This document shows positions 22,095 to 36,450 of a DNA stretch of 64,000 nucleotides, one piece after another. The stretch's first letter is position 1; each line of letters begins with the position of its first letter. Under the pieces are notes generated by a model. It did no database searches. It saw nothing but the letters and a program-made list of their open reading frames with translations, and had not been told where the DNA came from. Origin of the DNA: Marsupella aquatica. Its lineage: Eukaryota; Plantae; Marchantiophyta. The stretch spans positions 13,635,469 to 13,699,468 of the forward strand of contig OZ316896.1 in assembly GCA_973895155.1 (NCBI GenBank), written 5' to 3'. The position numbers and the translations under genes were made by a program.

Positions 22095-22335
22095 TAATTC
22101 ATGATGAGTGGAAACAAATGAAAACCAAATGCACTTCATGTTGAGTGGAAACAAAATGAAAACCAAATGCACTTCATGTTGAGTGGAAACAAAAGAAAAC
22201 CAAATGCACTTCATGATGAGTGGAAACAAAAGCAAACCAAATGCACTTCATGATGAGTGGCGATTGGAAACAAAAGCAAACCAAATGCACTTCATGATGA
22301 GTGAAGATTGGAAACAAAAGAAAACCAAATGCACG
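22095..22335 (+). repeat. Minisatellite, about 6 copies of 34-42 bp
   Basis: The unit ttcatgatgagtggaaacaaaa.aaaccaaatgcac is repeated. Confidence 0.92.
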
Positions 22336-23269
22336 CAGAGCCAACACAACAAAATTCGCCACTTTGTAGTGAGCTTAGTCAAATGGCAGTACACTATTCT
22401 TATTTGCCGGACGAAAGCGATTCAGATTTCAGACTACGTCACATCAGCATTCATGGCCACTGCAAGCTACAACGTACCTTACCATAGAGATAGCGCACTC
22501 AGGTCAACAACAACAACCGCGCAGCAGTTGCAATAATATTTAAAAGACCTTCAAGCTACGGAAATTTCAAGTGGCAGTACGAAACGCCGACCAAAACAAA
22601 GTTTTAAAAATCCAATCAACCCACAAAAATGTTGTGAAGATGAGACGCAATGAGCACTCACAATCCTATCTCGCGACTAGATCTGCACGGAAGGAAACGA
22701 TAAGATCAATCCACACATGCAGACTTGGGAGGCCTCACCTGAGTCGGGGCAATCGATCTACCTCTGCGCACTTGCAACACACAAGCACCCTACATTATAA
22801 CTACCAATACGGCAGAGCTACACATCTAAGGGACTCGTGTTCATCGGCACGCTAAAGCAATGATCATGTGAAAACTTCAGGCTCCATCTCCATAATGTAG
22901 CTGTCTGAATTTAATCAATATATCGTTGCGTATTCAGGCACGCCTTATTACCGTGTACATCATTGCTGTCAGTGTCGCCCAATTCAATAAGAGAACTAAT
23001 AAGTAGAGAGCTAAATCCACAGGCAAACTCGAGAGCACTGTAGTATGAGGTACGTGCTGACCTTGATCCCTAGCTCTCTACGGGCCACTCCAATCTCAAG
23101 GGCATTGTGGGCAATAGTAGCCTCTCAAAACTCAAGCTAGCTATAGCAGAGCCCTCATTTTTGGGCATTATCGCCCATAATGCCCTGTTACCAAGACATT
23201 ACTATATACACACTCTCATTGAGTGTCCCTGGGAGAAGCTGTTATAGACTCACTCACACAAGCCCGGTT

Positions 23270-24034
23270 TGTACTTGTCGGACAAATAGGGCCATTTGGG
23301 GCAACAAATGACATATGTCACCCCGGTCGATCCCGGCCGGGAGGGTGTGGAGCCGGGCCGGGGGATCGGCTGGGGGGGCGGGGGTATCGGGCCGGCTGGG
23401 AGTCGGGGGGGAGAGCCGGACGGGGAGTTGGGCCAGTAGTCGGGGGGACAGAGCCGGGCCGGATGAGGGGGGCGGGCCGGGCCAGGAAAGAGCCAGGCTG
23501 GGAATAGGCAGTCGGGTACATCGCCAAATGGCCACCAACAAGTAGTGGAATGATCTTCGTCTGCACCTCCATTGGCGGCCGCGGTGCACAGTACCCTACA
23601 CTGCTGGAGGGAAGCAATCTGAGGGTAGGAGCTTGGGACCCGAACATCACCAGCAAAACTGGGTCGATCCCCAACCCCCAATTCCGGCCCCTCCCTCGCC
23701 CCCCGACCCCCGACCCCTCCCATCAGTGACCCCTCCCGTCCCCGACCCTAAACCGGGGGTCGGCTCACTTAACCGGGGGAGTCCGGGACCGGGCCGGGAG
23801 ACTTTACGACCGGGCCGGGAGGGTTAGGAGGAGTGCAGGACTGGGCCGGGAGGGTTTGGGAGAGTTTGGGACCCGGCCGGAGGGGTCGGGAGAGTTTGGG
23901 ATCGGGCCGGGGATGGTTCGGGAATTTTTGGTCCCAGCTGGGGAATGTAAGGGAATATTGGACAAATATGCCATTTTTGGGCGGACAAGTTGTCATTTTT
24001 CGTGTCGGACAAGTAGACATCTTGTCCAACAGTG
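23270..24034. mobile_element. GC-rich non-autonomous element with GGACAA sub-terminal repeats, possibly CACTA/CACTG-type
   Basis: The right end reads CACTGTTGGACAAG on the minus strand. tgtcggacaa...gccattt motifs occur at both ends, and the interior is rich in ggccggg repeats. The left terminus is not resolved. Confidence 0.5.
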
Positions 24035-26319
24035 AAAACCGGGCACACAAGGCTTTCGCTTGCTTGAAGAAGATAGAAGAATTGGTCAAGGGACCTCATA
24101 GTAGGCCTGTATGGCTTGGTCCTGAGGTCCAGATTGCTTTGTCCATTGTTGCAGTTGATGGACATGGATTCTGTCTTACCTGCTGTGTGCGCTGTATCCT
24201 ACTGTGAATTGCGGGTCTTAGTAATTGCGCATCAAAATATGACATATGTGGTATACGACATCCCTCCATACCATGATAAACCTCATTATTATTTTTAAAT
24301 CAATGAGTGCACATCATATATTAGTGTGATATTGATGTGTGATTACCAGCAGGGGTGAATTGCCATAAAAATGTGTTGACTTAAACCATCCATTTAAAGA
24401 ATTAAAATTGACTTCATACTTCACAACTTAATCACTAGTCAACTGAGTGAGCTACATCATTTTACTGTTTCCTGTGTGCTACATCCTGTGTGCTCCACCA
24501 GTCTACAAAACAAATATGTTGGATTCATCCCTTTACTAAGAGGATCAATGAATTGCATGATTAGATTGTGATAAATAAAACAATCATAATCTAATTGTGC
24601 ACATTCATAAGAATTCATGCTACATCTTGGCATTATGCCCCGTTCCAACTATCTAGCGTGCAAGTCATGTTTATGATTGTTGGGTCCAATGTGAAGGCGG
24701 ACAAGGTCATGCTGATGTGATAGGAATCATGTAAGATTTACTAGACTACCACAATCATGTCACTCCTTTTCCTAATTTGCTCATTTCTTCCCAGAGGTAT
24801 GAAGTGTAACTCGAGTGAGTTGTGGTCCACACCAAAATGGTGTTTTAGGCAGAGCCAAAAAAATGCATTGCTGCAATGGATTGTTGTAGAAACAATTGAA
24901 GTGGTCAAGCTGATAAATATCCTCCTTCCGCTTGTTGGACAAATGTTCACCAAATGATAAAATTTTGTGAGTGATTAGCCAAGTCATCTTCCCATGACAC
25001 CTTCCCATAGTCAATATAGAAACTTTATCAGATTTGATTTTTTTCCAGGGAAAGGGAGAGAGATTGGGAAACCAACCTTAAGCAGAACAGACGTGCATGC
25101 AACTGGCAGGGCAGTGCAGGTGAAACCTCATCAAATTGATAGGGTGGATTCCTCTAATGCATACCTTCATATTTCCAATAAGTTACAATGACTTAATAGA
25201 GATCAAACCTATCTCATTATCGAACCCACCAGATTCTATTGCAACCTATCTTAGGTTAAAATCCCTTAAATGATGTTGTATGCACCATATGCCCTAACCC
25301 TTGGTGGTTAATTGAAAGCATTATTGAACTGAGGTATCATTTGTCAATGCCATCATAAAGAGAAAATTTAGTACGTACATGTTGATTCTTACTAAACTTT
25401 GACTACATGATGATGTTGAGACAATCTCCAAAATTGTCTGAATCTGAGCCATCAATGAATGAGTCCAAGTGAGTGAGCCAAAGCAGGCCTCTCAGTTTAT
25501 TGCTCAATAGGGAGTTCTTTTGCCATTGTTAATGGGGTTGTTGGGGACTTTTGCGCGTTTGTCCTCTCCTCCGCCCCCTGCGCCCCCCCTCCCCTGGCCC
25601 CCTCTCTTATTGGGAACATGTCTCCAGGTTTGGCGCTTTTTGCTCTTTGGGAGTGTTGTATATAGAAAGAGAGTACAGCACCTCGCCAATGGCATTCAAA
25701 TGCTCCCACATGAGACTTTCATCAGCATAGGAAAAGTTTTCATTCTAATCGGACAAGGACCACACCAAGCAAAGCCTATCTGAAATTAATATAATTAAAT
25801 AGCCAACCTGTTTTGTAGTGGTTTTTTAAGAAGTACTTGTTTGCAAACTGAGTCTTCATCCATTCAAACAAGGACCACACCAAGAAAGGCCTCTCTAAAA
25901 TCAACATAGCTAGGCAACAGCCGGTCTGTTTTGTAGGGTTTTTAAGGAGGGAGAAGCTGCCTTCGAGGAAGCCCTGCAACTCACTCGCAAGTGGAGAAAA
26001 TAAAGTGTTTTCCCCTGCCTGAGGCTCCTTGCTGGGTGCATGGCTCAGTGCCTAAAGCCTGGTTTCCCTTCCCCTTTCCCTTAAAATAAATGAAATGAGA
26101 ATATTTTAAAAGGTTTATATTGTAATTTATTTTTGAATCGAGTGGTCAACTCTACTGACAAGTAAAAGAAACCAGGGCGGAGATGTGCTTCCATGTAGTA
26201 AGGGCAGTGCTTGCACCTCTGGTCATTTGCAATAAGCCTAGCCTAATGGTAGAAGTTTTGGGGCAAGTGAAGTTTTGAGTTGAACCTTCACCAGGAACAG
26301 TTTTGCACCAACCTCATCC

Positions 26320-26780
26320 CAAACTAGGGTTCACCAAAGCCATTTGCACACAATTGAAACAACTTTACACTCAGGCCGCTCTCTGGTCACCTATATGGAA
26401 AAGGGGCAACCTGTAAGAGTGGGACCCAAGGGGTTGTAATAAGTGAGCTTCCCAAGAACAATCAATTCAATGGGCAGGCAGGACCAGTTTTTGCACAAAC
26501 CCCCATTGCAAAGTGGGGTTCACTAAAGTTCTTTGAACACAAATGACTTGTCACTTAAAAATTGGAGGTCCTTGTCTTATCACCTAAATAGAAACGTACA
26601 TTCAACACGTAAGAGTGACCAGTTTTGCACAAACCCCCAATCCAAAGTGGGGTTCACCAAAGTCGTGTGCACATGACAGACTTGTCAATAAGAAATTAGA
26701 GGACCCTTTCTTATCACCTAAATGGAAACGGGCAAGTGGGATCCAAGGAATTGTAATCAATGTATTTCCCAGCAACAATC
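26320..26780 (+). repeat. Degenerate tandem repeat (about 3 units), related copy at ~30530-30730
   Basis: Recurrent gggttcaccaaag..tttgcacaca ... cttatcacctaaat ... agtggga.ccaagg. Confidence 0.6.
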
Positions 26781-26799
26781 AGTCAAATGGCAGGACCAA

Positions 26800-29700
26800 T
26801 TTTGGCACATAGTCCTCCTTTGTCGCGGACGCTTGGGATGCCGCTGCCCAATCCGTTGTTGCCATTGTCTTGATGATGTTTTGGTGCAAAGGGTTTGCAA
26901 CCACAACATCCGCCAAAGTGCACCGACCATCACAAACCATGGTAAGATCAACCCGTAATCACTGTGGTGGAGGACTAGGTAGCTCAAGCACCACCTCCTG
27001 CCGCACGTGTACCAAACTAAGACCCAGAGATAACCTGAGTAGCAGCATCCGTCACAACATCGTGACCGAACAACTATGGTTTCCCTTCCCAAATTGCATC
27101 AAAGAAGATGGACCCATGTGGCATCACAAGGCTTCCCACATGTGCAGGAAGTAGGTAAATCTACAAGAAGATGATGGGGCCCCGGACGGGGCATCCCTAG
27201 ATGAAGATGAATGGCAGTCAATAACTCTCCTCTGAAGACAATCATCCATAGATGAGGGATGATTAATTGGCCTGAAGCCACCCACCTGCTCCTTTCCCTT
27301 CAATTGGAAGAAAGAATCCGAGCTTGGCCTGTTTGAGGTGCCCCGATAAGGATGCTCGAGAGGATGAAAGTGTACATGCACCTAGCAAGGTCAGCCTGAA
27401 GATGGACAGGGTCCAAAGGATAAAAACTCCTCAAAAGAAGGTAGCGCAATTGTCACTTGCCTATCCAACGATTAATACGTGCAAACCGTACTTTTCTTCG
27501 CTTAAACCGTTGATATCGTATTACAGGGTCGTGAAGGGACGCTCTTTGGAGGATTTCCACACCTAAGGATGAGTATGTTTGATTCCGCTCTCGGAAGTGT
27601 ACTTTTTGATCAAGTCTACCGACTGGTCTCTCCATTTTTGATCAAGTCCAAGAGACTGGCCCTACCATCTACAACTCATGCCCACCGGGTGAGTGCTGTC
27701 ACCACCCCCCTCTCATGGGCAAGCACACAACCGTTTACAATAAGATTTGAACACTAGTGTCACGGGCAAATGTTTCCACAACGAAACCGACCACATGCAC
27801 TAGGGGAGGAAAACAAACAACACAAGCAACAACAAGTGACACAAAAAATATTGGAACTTCAAGTTAAATCCATATCTCTTGGTGTTTCCCGTAACATATG
27901 CAAGGACAACCCGGCCTCCTGCCGTCTGCCCAACTCCTGCTTCCCGGGGACAAGTGCTACGTTCTCCACCTCACTACTCTGGCTTGAACTTCTCCTAATC
28001 GGTGCGCTACTCACAAAAGCCACTCAAAAGCATCAAAGCACTAGTATGCTAAGTTCCCCCCAGCTCACTACGGGGCTCCCCCCTAAATACTGAAAAAACA
28101 CACCAAAGCAGCCCTCACGGGGTCACCACGTTGGTGGCTACCCTAGCGGCGCCGCTAAAACCTATCATGAGAAATCCCTAACCTAAAACATGCGGCACAC
28201 ACATGCTCCTAAAAACCCTAATCTAACTACGGGACCGACGGTGCCTTCGACGGTGCCAACTACCACTCCGCTAAACAAGGACTCACTTGAGTCCACCACC
28301 TCCTATTGTATCTATCTACCCTGCCTACCAGCCTCAATCCTCCTGATCGCCACCACCGGTCCGCCGTAAAAGGAGGGGGCCCCTACAATTGTCGAAACTG
28401 AAATTTTCTCAGAATTCACTTCTGAAAACATATCTGAGGAGCCATTCTATTCCTGATCATGGCTCCGTAAATGGTGCGCAAAACGGAGGTCAAACGGCCA
28501 AGATATGATCATTTAAGTTTTCATGGGGCACCGTTTCCCGCCATTTCGTCCGTACAACACCAGGGGGTCCCGACTTTGCAAAACACGGATCAGGGTTCCC
28601 CGTATGTGCTGCTACCTCCTCCTCCCCTTGCAAAGCCGGGACCTCCTGCAGTACGAACATCCGTACGGCCTAAAAAACCGTTGTATTCTAAAAAAATGTG
28701 ATTTGTCGTATCTCCCTCATCTTAGCTCCGTTTCGGCCGTGTGACACATCGTTGGATTCAGCTCAACGAGCTCTTTCCAACAAGCCCGTAGACTCCTGAT
28801 TTTGAGAAAAACTGATGTTCGTACAACCAAGGTCCGTACACACGTTGAAAGCAAACACAATAGGGAAAGGGTTTAGGGTTTAGGAATGGGTGGGAATCTC
28901 ACAAGTGAGGATAGAGAAAAAGGGGAGGAAGAAAGTGTGGGGGCCCCTTTTATGGATGTGTTCTTATATAGAGTGCCCCTTCTACGGATGTGTTCTTCTA
29001 CGGAGTGCCCCTTTTACGGAGTGGAGAAGGAAAATTGTGGGAAACTATGGATTGAGGAAGGGAAATTGTGGGAGTCCCTTCCTCTAAGGGTCCTCCCACC
29101 ATCACTACTCCAAGATTGTCTAGTTTGCCGTTTTACAGGCGTTGAGGTCCCTCGAGATGTCACTGTTTGATATAGACCTAAAATTAACTAGAAAACCTCA
29201 GTTTCGCATGGGGCTCATTGAGGGCTTCAAAATGAATCCAAACATGACCATGTTTGGAATAGTAATAGCGCAGCAACGTCTGTTTTAAGTTTCAACATTT
29301 TCTGTATTTTGGTCATTCTTCCCGTTTTGTGCCTTACGTGGAGCCTCTGACCAGCCCCCACCCCTCCGAGATGCCCACACCGTGCCTCCAAGTCCTTGGG
29401 CTGCCTTGTGGCCTCCTTGTACCCCCTCAATGGTTCCCTTGTCATCCATCATCGCCCGGCACCCCTCTCAACTCCGGACTCCGGTTGTCGCATTCATTTA
29501 TTAGAACTAACAAAAATAAAAAAATTGGAAATCCAAGCACTTTTACTACACCTACTTGTCTTTCTACTTACTAGCCCCGACTACCCGTTCTTTGAACGTG
29601 AATAGCGGAGAGGATAATAAAAAAATTATCAAAATATATTTTAGATTCATATTCTTTGAATATTAATGAAATGATAAAAAACCCATCATTTTAATAGTCA

Positions 29701-29975
29701 TATATAATATATCATTCTCCTTGATGTGCACAGGCTTTTTGTATGCACATATGTTGTGGTGGGGCCATACTACCTATATTTTTTTAATGTACATGTCATA
29801 AGTTTTTCCCATGTATATGATGACCATGCACATGATGACCATAGAGTTACGGTCTAGAGGCTTCACTCTAGACCCTAGCTTGTGAAAAGTAGGCTGCAGT
29901 TCGCGCTTTATTAGTAAGATATACGTAATTATAAGTTATCACTAAGTTATTACTGGGTTTGGGGCCCTGTCACAA
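26800..29975 (-). mobile_element. LTR-retrotransposon-derived region (decayed internal sequence plus LTR-like segments, e.g. 27758-28387)
   Basis: A segment bounded by TGTCACG...CCCTACA at 27758-28387, a further ...ggccctgtcaca end near 29973, and stop-riddled coding-like sequence at 26800-27700. No matching TSD or PBS found. Confidence 0.5.
29571..29919 (-). mobile_element. Short non-autonomous Helitron (~350 bp)
   Basis: On the minus strand the 5' end is A|TCTTACTAATAAAGCG. The 3' end has a hairpin cgttc-aaa-gaacg followed by ggtagtcgggg CTAG|T. A/T insertion site. Confidence 0.8.
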
Positions 29976-32900
29976 CAATGCATACAAGATAGTGATGAAT
30001 ACGCCTCTCACAAATGAAACCTGAAATGGGAGGGAACCATCCTCAACCTCCATGAGAGATGAAAGTAAAAAGGGCCGATCCTCACCACGAAAGCGATCGA
30101 CCAACAATGAGAATTAGGCAGCACACAAACCCAAAAATGTCAAGGGTGTTATGCTCTCAATGGAAGTAAGCCCAAAAGCACATTGAGAAACATTAAGTTT
30201 GAGTTGTCAATGAAACCACATAGATCAGAACAGAGAACCAATTCAAGGCCTCATAGGGAGGCAAAAGTCTCTCAAATAAAAACATTGATCAAATTCATGT
30301 AGGTGTAGAAGGAGATCCTTGGTAATGGTTTAGGATCTCTACAACATCCTAAATGTTGCCTGAATATTAACTAACTTAGGGAGCAAAGGAGCTAGGCTAA
30401 AACAACCTATAAAGCATCTGCAATACAAATGAGCAAAAGGTACCAATACTGATAGGGAACCAAGGGCCCAAGACCTCTTGCAGGACGTAAGAACCAAGGG
30501 GAAGCTGCAAATCAAAGGGTAACATATGATCACCTAAATGGGAAGGGGCAACATATAAGAGTGGGTCCCAAGGCGTTCTAATAAATGAGTTTTCACTCAA
30601 GCAATCTTAGAGACATTGCCTTCACCAAAGTCATTTGCACACAAAATAGTCTAAACTTAGAAAATATGGAGGTCTTTATCTTATCACCTAAACTGGGGAT
30701 AACATGTAATAGTGGACCTAAGGGGTTGGGAACAGCCTTTTTTAAGATGTGAAAATTTGCCAGATAACACCTCTATGAAAAGTCGTCACCATTTTTGGCA
30801 AAAATTAGCTAGGTTTTTTTGTCTCTCATTAGCCACAATCTAAGGGTTATCAAATGTTAATCTAGTCAAACTAGATACAGAATGTTCCTAGCATCTCCTT
30901 TTTCACCCACCGTGAATGTATTTGTTGTTTCATATCTGTCTGGTCTTCAGGCTGAACTTTTACTAGTGCGTTGGGTACGGTATTGCCTGCCCACTTGTTT
31001 GAAAATTATCCACTTAAAATTCCCCAAAAGGTCAATGCCAAGGTGGCTTCCCTTGGTCCGAACTTTCTGTCATACCTTTCTGACACTTATTCCTGTGGAG
31101 CGTTAAAGTAGACACTTTCTCTAAGTTTTCTGGCGCTTAAATTCTTAAAATGTACATAAACAATTCTTTCAAGGCTTTCCTTTTTTTAGGGTGTTGGAGA
31201 AAACGAGCCATAATTTATACAAAAAGGAACAAACAAAAGACAAAGAAGGGAAAGCAAAAGACGTGCAAAGAGTACAAACAGCAAATACTAAAAAGAGTCA
31301 AATGCAACCCTGAAAACCGAGGAAGAGGGTACAATGTTTTTCAAATCAAATTGGTTGGAGTTTGCATTTGTCCTTTCCTTTTGAGGAACAAGCAACTTAC
31401 TGTACAAACACTCTTATATACACTCTCCTCACTTCTCTTTCAACTTCGTTTGCTATGCTTTATTTCATGATACTTTGTTTTGGCTTATTTTGTCTTCACA
31501 ACTACCAGAAAGTATTTGTTAGTGAAATTCAAAACTTTAATAATAATTTATTTAATGCAAGAACGTGGATGACACTAACCTACTAATGGTTAGCCTCTGA
31601 CTCCTACATCTGAGAAATACACTACGTGATGATCATTCTGGGAGAATATTTTGGTAATAATAAAATGGCTAATAGTTTTCTTGTGTAACTGGTGCTTGGG
31701 GGAAAGTCCAAAGAAAGGCTTGATAGGACCCATCCAGTGAAAAAAAAAGCCCCTAGAGACCCCTTCTTTTGAAAAGGAGTTGTTGGGCCCACCTATGCAA
31801 CCGGTAGGCATCCACTTCCCACCTGTAAGCACCACGGTTGAGGTGCTGTTGGAGCAACCAGTTCACAACGCTGCAGCAATGTTTTGAGTCCACAATGGAG
31901 ACTCCCCGTTGCGGCAATGCACTCCCACATGAACCCATATCTTTGAAGGGTTTTGGTGTGATAGGAAGGAGCCTCCGTGGATCCGAAATGTCGCTGCTGG
32001 GGATGGGGACCCAACAAGTCACTTTCATATATAGCTACACCCTGATGACAGCTTATTATGAGCCATAGCCCTTGAAAATGGTTCGAGGGGTTATTATTGC
32101 TCATAATGAATACAAAACAGAAAATGAAGCCCCCATTCGTCTAGTGGCCCCTCTCCTTCTTAGTGAAAGGATTGGAACTTGCTAACAGAGAATGAGGAAT
32201 AGGTAACGAAAGGAAGTGAAGCCCCCACAGTCCAATGGCCCCTTGCCTTCTTAGAAAAGGATTAAAACTTGCCAGGCATCAGAACAATAGGAAAAATTAA
32301 AGAATAGGAAATGACACCCCCAAATTTAGTGTCCCCTCTCCTTCTTAATAAAGGAATAGAACATGCAATTAGTTTGAGGACCCGGCCCTTGGTAACGTAA
32401 GCTTGCTTTATTGAACTATTTGGAGCCATCAAGAGTTGCACATTGGAATAGATAGATTGAGAGATAGATGAGAGGACAAAGATTAAATGGAAGATTCTAA
32501 ATGAAATGCATTTTAAAGGTAGTTAGGACAATTTCATTGAAGACAAATAAGCCCACAAATAAGATTCTGTACATTCCCGATAATATCAAGGGTAATTCTC
32601 CATGCAAAATGTTTCCCTTAGTACCTCTATATCTATTCCAATACATGTAAAATTTATTTCATGCAAAATATTACTTTGTCCACAGTAGTTGAAAGGTCTT
32701 AGAGTCCCTTGGTATTCCTCTACCAATAGTAATTATGGTGTTTCTTATCTTTGCTTGTTACTCCTCTATCCATAGTAGCCAAAAGGTTTCTTAAGTTACC
32801 TGGGAAGTTACCTAGGTAAACAGTAGAGAAGTTGAAAAGTTTATTGGGTTCTTATGTTACCTTGGTAAATGTTAGAGTAGCCAAAGAGTTTATTTGTACT

Positions 32901-33669
32901 TGTCATTATTATTGTGTAAATTAAATAAAAATTGAAATAGGTTATTAGAAAACACTGACATATCAATCACAATTCATCCAAAGATTATTTTCTTTCACCC
33001 CTATTTTACCCTTTCCTTTGCTTACTTGAAATGTTACTTTTCAATTTTCCATTGTTTTTACAATTATAGGGTTTAACTGCTTTTCTTTGCCTTGCCTCAA
33101 ACACAAATAGACAAATTTGGTTGTTCTTGCATAACTAATGGTTCTTTTTTGTGACAAATCATGCTGATGTGGTTGCACGTGCATCCAAGAATTTTGGAAG
33201 AAACTTCACATGGGGGTCCATAAATAGAAAAATAGGAAAAATTCAAGAATATGAAATGAAGCCCCCATCGTCTGGTGGCCCCTTAGTCTCCTTCTTAGTG
33301 AAAGGATTGGAACTTGTGCTAATAGAAACATAGGCAAAAAAGAATAGGAAATGAAGTCCCCATTGTCCCGCCATTGTCTGGTGGCCCCTCTCCTTCTTTG
33401 TGAAAGGATTGAACCTCAGTGACCCTCATATGCGGTTTACGCAAGAGTTCTACCAGGCTTTCCAATTTTTTGTCGAGTAGGGCTTTTTGTCCACTCTTTT
33501 CCACAACAGGGCTATTCTTTCTTTTGTCGCTGTAAGGGCTCTCGGGTTTGTGAGGCCTCTTTTTGTCTCCTTGGGGTTGTTGCCTTTGCGATCCTGTCTC
33601 CGGGATTGGCATATTTGTTCTTTGGCAATGTGACATATGCTGACACTTCCTTATAGATAAACAGGGAAA

Positions 33670-34865
33670 AACAAAGAATACAAAATGAACCCCCCATATA
33701 GTCTAGTCTAATGGCTCCTCTCCTTTTCACTCAAAGGATTGGAACGTGCTATACCAATAAAAATAAAAATATAGATTAGGAAATGAAGCCTCCATGGTCT
33801 AGTCGCCCCTCTCCTTCGTACTGAAAGGATTGGAACTTGCTAGTAGAAAAATAGGGAAGAAAATGAAGAAATGGAAATGAAAGCCCCCATACTAGTCATA
33901 GTCTAGTGGCCCCTCTCCTTTTTCGTGTTGATTGTGCACTGTTCTAAATCGGGCCATTGCCAATTATTATTACCCTCCTTCTTTGTGGAGCTAGTCCATT
34001 CGACTCGTGTTCTTTGGCATTGTGATATATTTTGAAACTTCCTATCAGATAAAAAGGAAAAAAGCAAAGAATATAAAATTAAGCCCCCTTAGTCTAGTCT
34101 AATGGCCCCTCTCGTTCGTAGTGAAAGGATTGGAACGTGCTATAGAAATACAGGAAAAACAATAAAGAATTGTAAATGAAAGCCCCCATAGTCTAGTCTA
34201 ATGGCCCCTCTCCTTCTTACTGAAAGGATTGGAACCTGCTAATAGAAAGATAGGAAAGAAAATAAAGAATAAGAAATGAAGCCCCCCTGCTCTAGTGGCC
34301 CCCTCTCCTTCTTAGTGAAAGGTTGGGCCTGCGAATACAAAAATAGGGAAAAAAACAATAAAGAATAAGAAATGAAAGCCCTCATAGGCTAGTCTAGTGG
34401 CCCCTCTCCTTCTCACTGACAGGATTGGAACCTGCTAATAGAAAAATAAAAAAGAAACTAAAGAATAGGAAATGAAGCCCCCCTGTCTACAGTAGTGGCC
34501 CCAATCCTTCGTACCGAAAAGGTTGGAACCTGCGAATAGAAAAATAGGAAAAAACATTTAAGAATAGGAAATGAAAGCCCCCCGAGGCTAGTCTAGTGGC
34601 CCTCTTATTGAAAGGATTGGAACCTGCTAATAGAAAAATGGTAAAGAAAATAAAGAATAGTAAATGAAGCCCCCTGTCTAGTGGCCCCCTCTCCTTCTCT
34701 CACTGAAAGGGTTAGAACCTGCGAATAAAAAAATAGGAAATGAAAGCCCCCATAGGCTAGTCTATGGCTCGTCTCCTTCTGAGCGAAAAGAAAGGATGGG
34801 AACGTGCTAATAGAAAAATAAAGAATGTGAACTGAAAGCACCCATGTTCATAGTCTAGTGGCCCC
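33670..34865 (+). repeat. Tandem array, about 11 copies of a ~95-105 bp unit, upstream of SAUR gene 1 (more copies at 32120-32370 and 33250-33415)
   Basis: The unit aaatgaagccccc...gtctagtggcccctctccttc...tgaaaggattggaacctgctaatagaaaa is repeated. Confidence 0.93.
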
Positions 34866-36015
34866 TCTTCCTCTTCTTCTTCTTCTTCGTGTTTCTTCTT
34901 CGTGGTTCTAAATCGGGCCATTGCCAATTATTACCCTCCTTCTCCTTCTCTGTGGAGCTCGTGCATTGGACTCATCACCGACGGAGTTTTCTTGATCAAA
35001 AGCTCCCATTCTTCTCATCGTCATCACCTCCACATTCGCTCAGGTGTCGTTCGTGTTCCAGGAGTGGCGCTGATTTCATGGAAGGACGATTCACTGATTC
35101 ACTGATGCACTGATTGATTGATTGAAGATGGAAAGATTGAAAGAATGAAGGAATGAACTCAATGAAGGGATGAAGGGATGAAGCAAGGAAGTGGATCGAC
35201 CAGGATCGGGCGCCCGTAATGGAAGTGTGCTTTTTTCGGAGGCAATCCGTGGCTCTCCAATGCTCGGTCCAGGGTATGGGGTTTCCAGATTCTGGTGGCG
35301 AAGCTTCTGCTCTAGCTGTCGTCTCTTTGACGGGATTGTAACTTCCGGTTCGGCGATTTCCGCGGCTGCTGCTGCTTCGTATCTTCTCCGCTGAGCGCTC
35401 GGGCCTGAGCGGCAGATCGGCGCTAATAAAAGGTTCTCGGGTGACCTTTGAGAGGAGGGTTCATTTGTTTTGTGCGTCTGCCAAATTTGTGGTGTCTTGT
35501 CGTTGAGGTTTCAAAGTTTCGGTGCTCGGGTTGTGGGGAGAATTGCATTTTGGGAGCCGAGAGGTTACGCTAGTCCATCGCTTCGGTTTGGTGTTCTTCC
35601 CATCGCTTTCTGCCGGCTGTTACAGAAGCTAGCGGCGGGGAGTTGGATACATTTTGTTGCGCTGCGGTCCGAATAAGACTTGTTGGTGATGTCACTTCTA
35701 AACGAAACTTGCCATCGCTGCGGCAAGAATTTCTTCCATGAGTGGGTGTTCTGCGAAAGAAAAAGTGTGGAAGGCAAATAACACACGAGGAAAGGCTTCG
35801 TGTGGTTGGATTTGAACGTGCAACTTTTTTAGTCCTCCTCGCTTTGTCTGCGAAGAAGAGCGCAGGGAGCCCCGGGCGTGCCCTCAGCCGCATATGAACT
35901 TGTTGCTCCCCTGGCCTACGGGGACGAGTAAGTGAGCCACCGCCAGTACGCATGATGAGCGACTCGGATCTATTTCTGTGAAAGGCTGACAGAATCAATA
36001 CACACTTTAGTTAAA

Positions 36016-36450
36016 ATGCCTGTCAAGATGTCGCACGGGGTTGACAAGATATTGATGACGGTGAAGAGTTTTGGCAAAAAAACTGGGTCCTACGAAAGCC
36101 TCACAGACGACACGCCCAATGTTTCGAAAGAATTGGGGAAGATGGGGCACAGAACTGGGACGCGATCGAAACCGGACTGCTTGCCCGATGATATCCCTCA
36201 GGGGTACTTGGCTGTCTACGTAGGCAATGAACGGAAGCGTTTTGTCATAAGTACCAAGTACCTGAGCCACCCGCTCTTCCAGGCGCTTTTGAAAAAATCA
36301 GAAGAAGAATTCGGCTTCGACCATCAAGGTGGCCTCGCAATTGCATGTGAGCCAGTGCTATTCGAGCATTTGTTGTGGCTTCTAGGCACCAACAGCCCAG
36401 CCGCCACTACCACGCACTTGCAGGAGCTACTGGACGTCCATGCATTTTGA
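36016..36450 (+). CDS. SAUR: SAUR (small auxin-up RNA) family protein, 144 aa, intronless
   Basis: Auxin_inducible domain: [65 protein letters not shown]. Confidence 0.96.
   Translation: MPVKMSHGVDKILMTVKSFGKKTGSYESLTDDTPNVSKELGKMGHRTGTRSKPDCLPDDIPQGYLAVYVGNERKRFVISTKYLSHPLFQALLKKSEEEFGFDHQGGLAIACEPVLFEHLLWLLGTNSPAATTTHLQELLDVHAF

Noticed and set aside
23223-24207. Pro/Gly-rich ORFs
   Set aside because: They come from the GC-rich interior of a repeat element.
25660-25685. agaaagagagtacagc resembling miR529
   Set aside because: Only a partial match, with no complementary star arm nearby.
26225-26295. Box A/box B-like motifs (tagcctaatgg ... gagttgaacc) suggesting a tRNA
   Set aside because: No cloverleaf can be formed; at most a decayed SINE.
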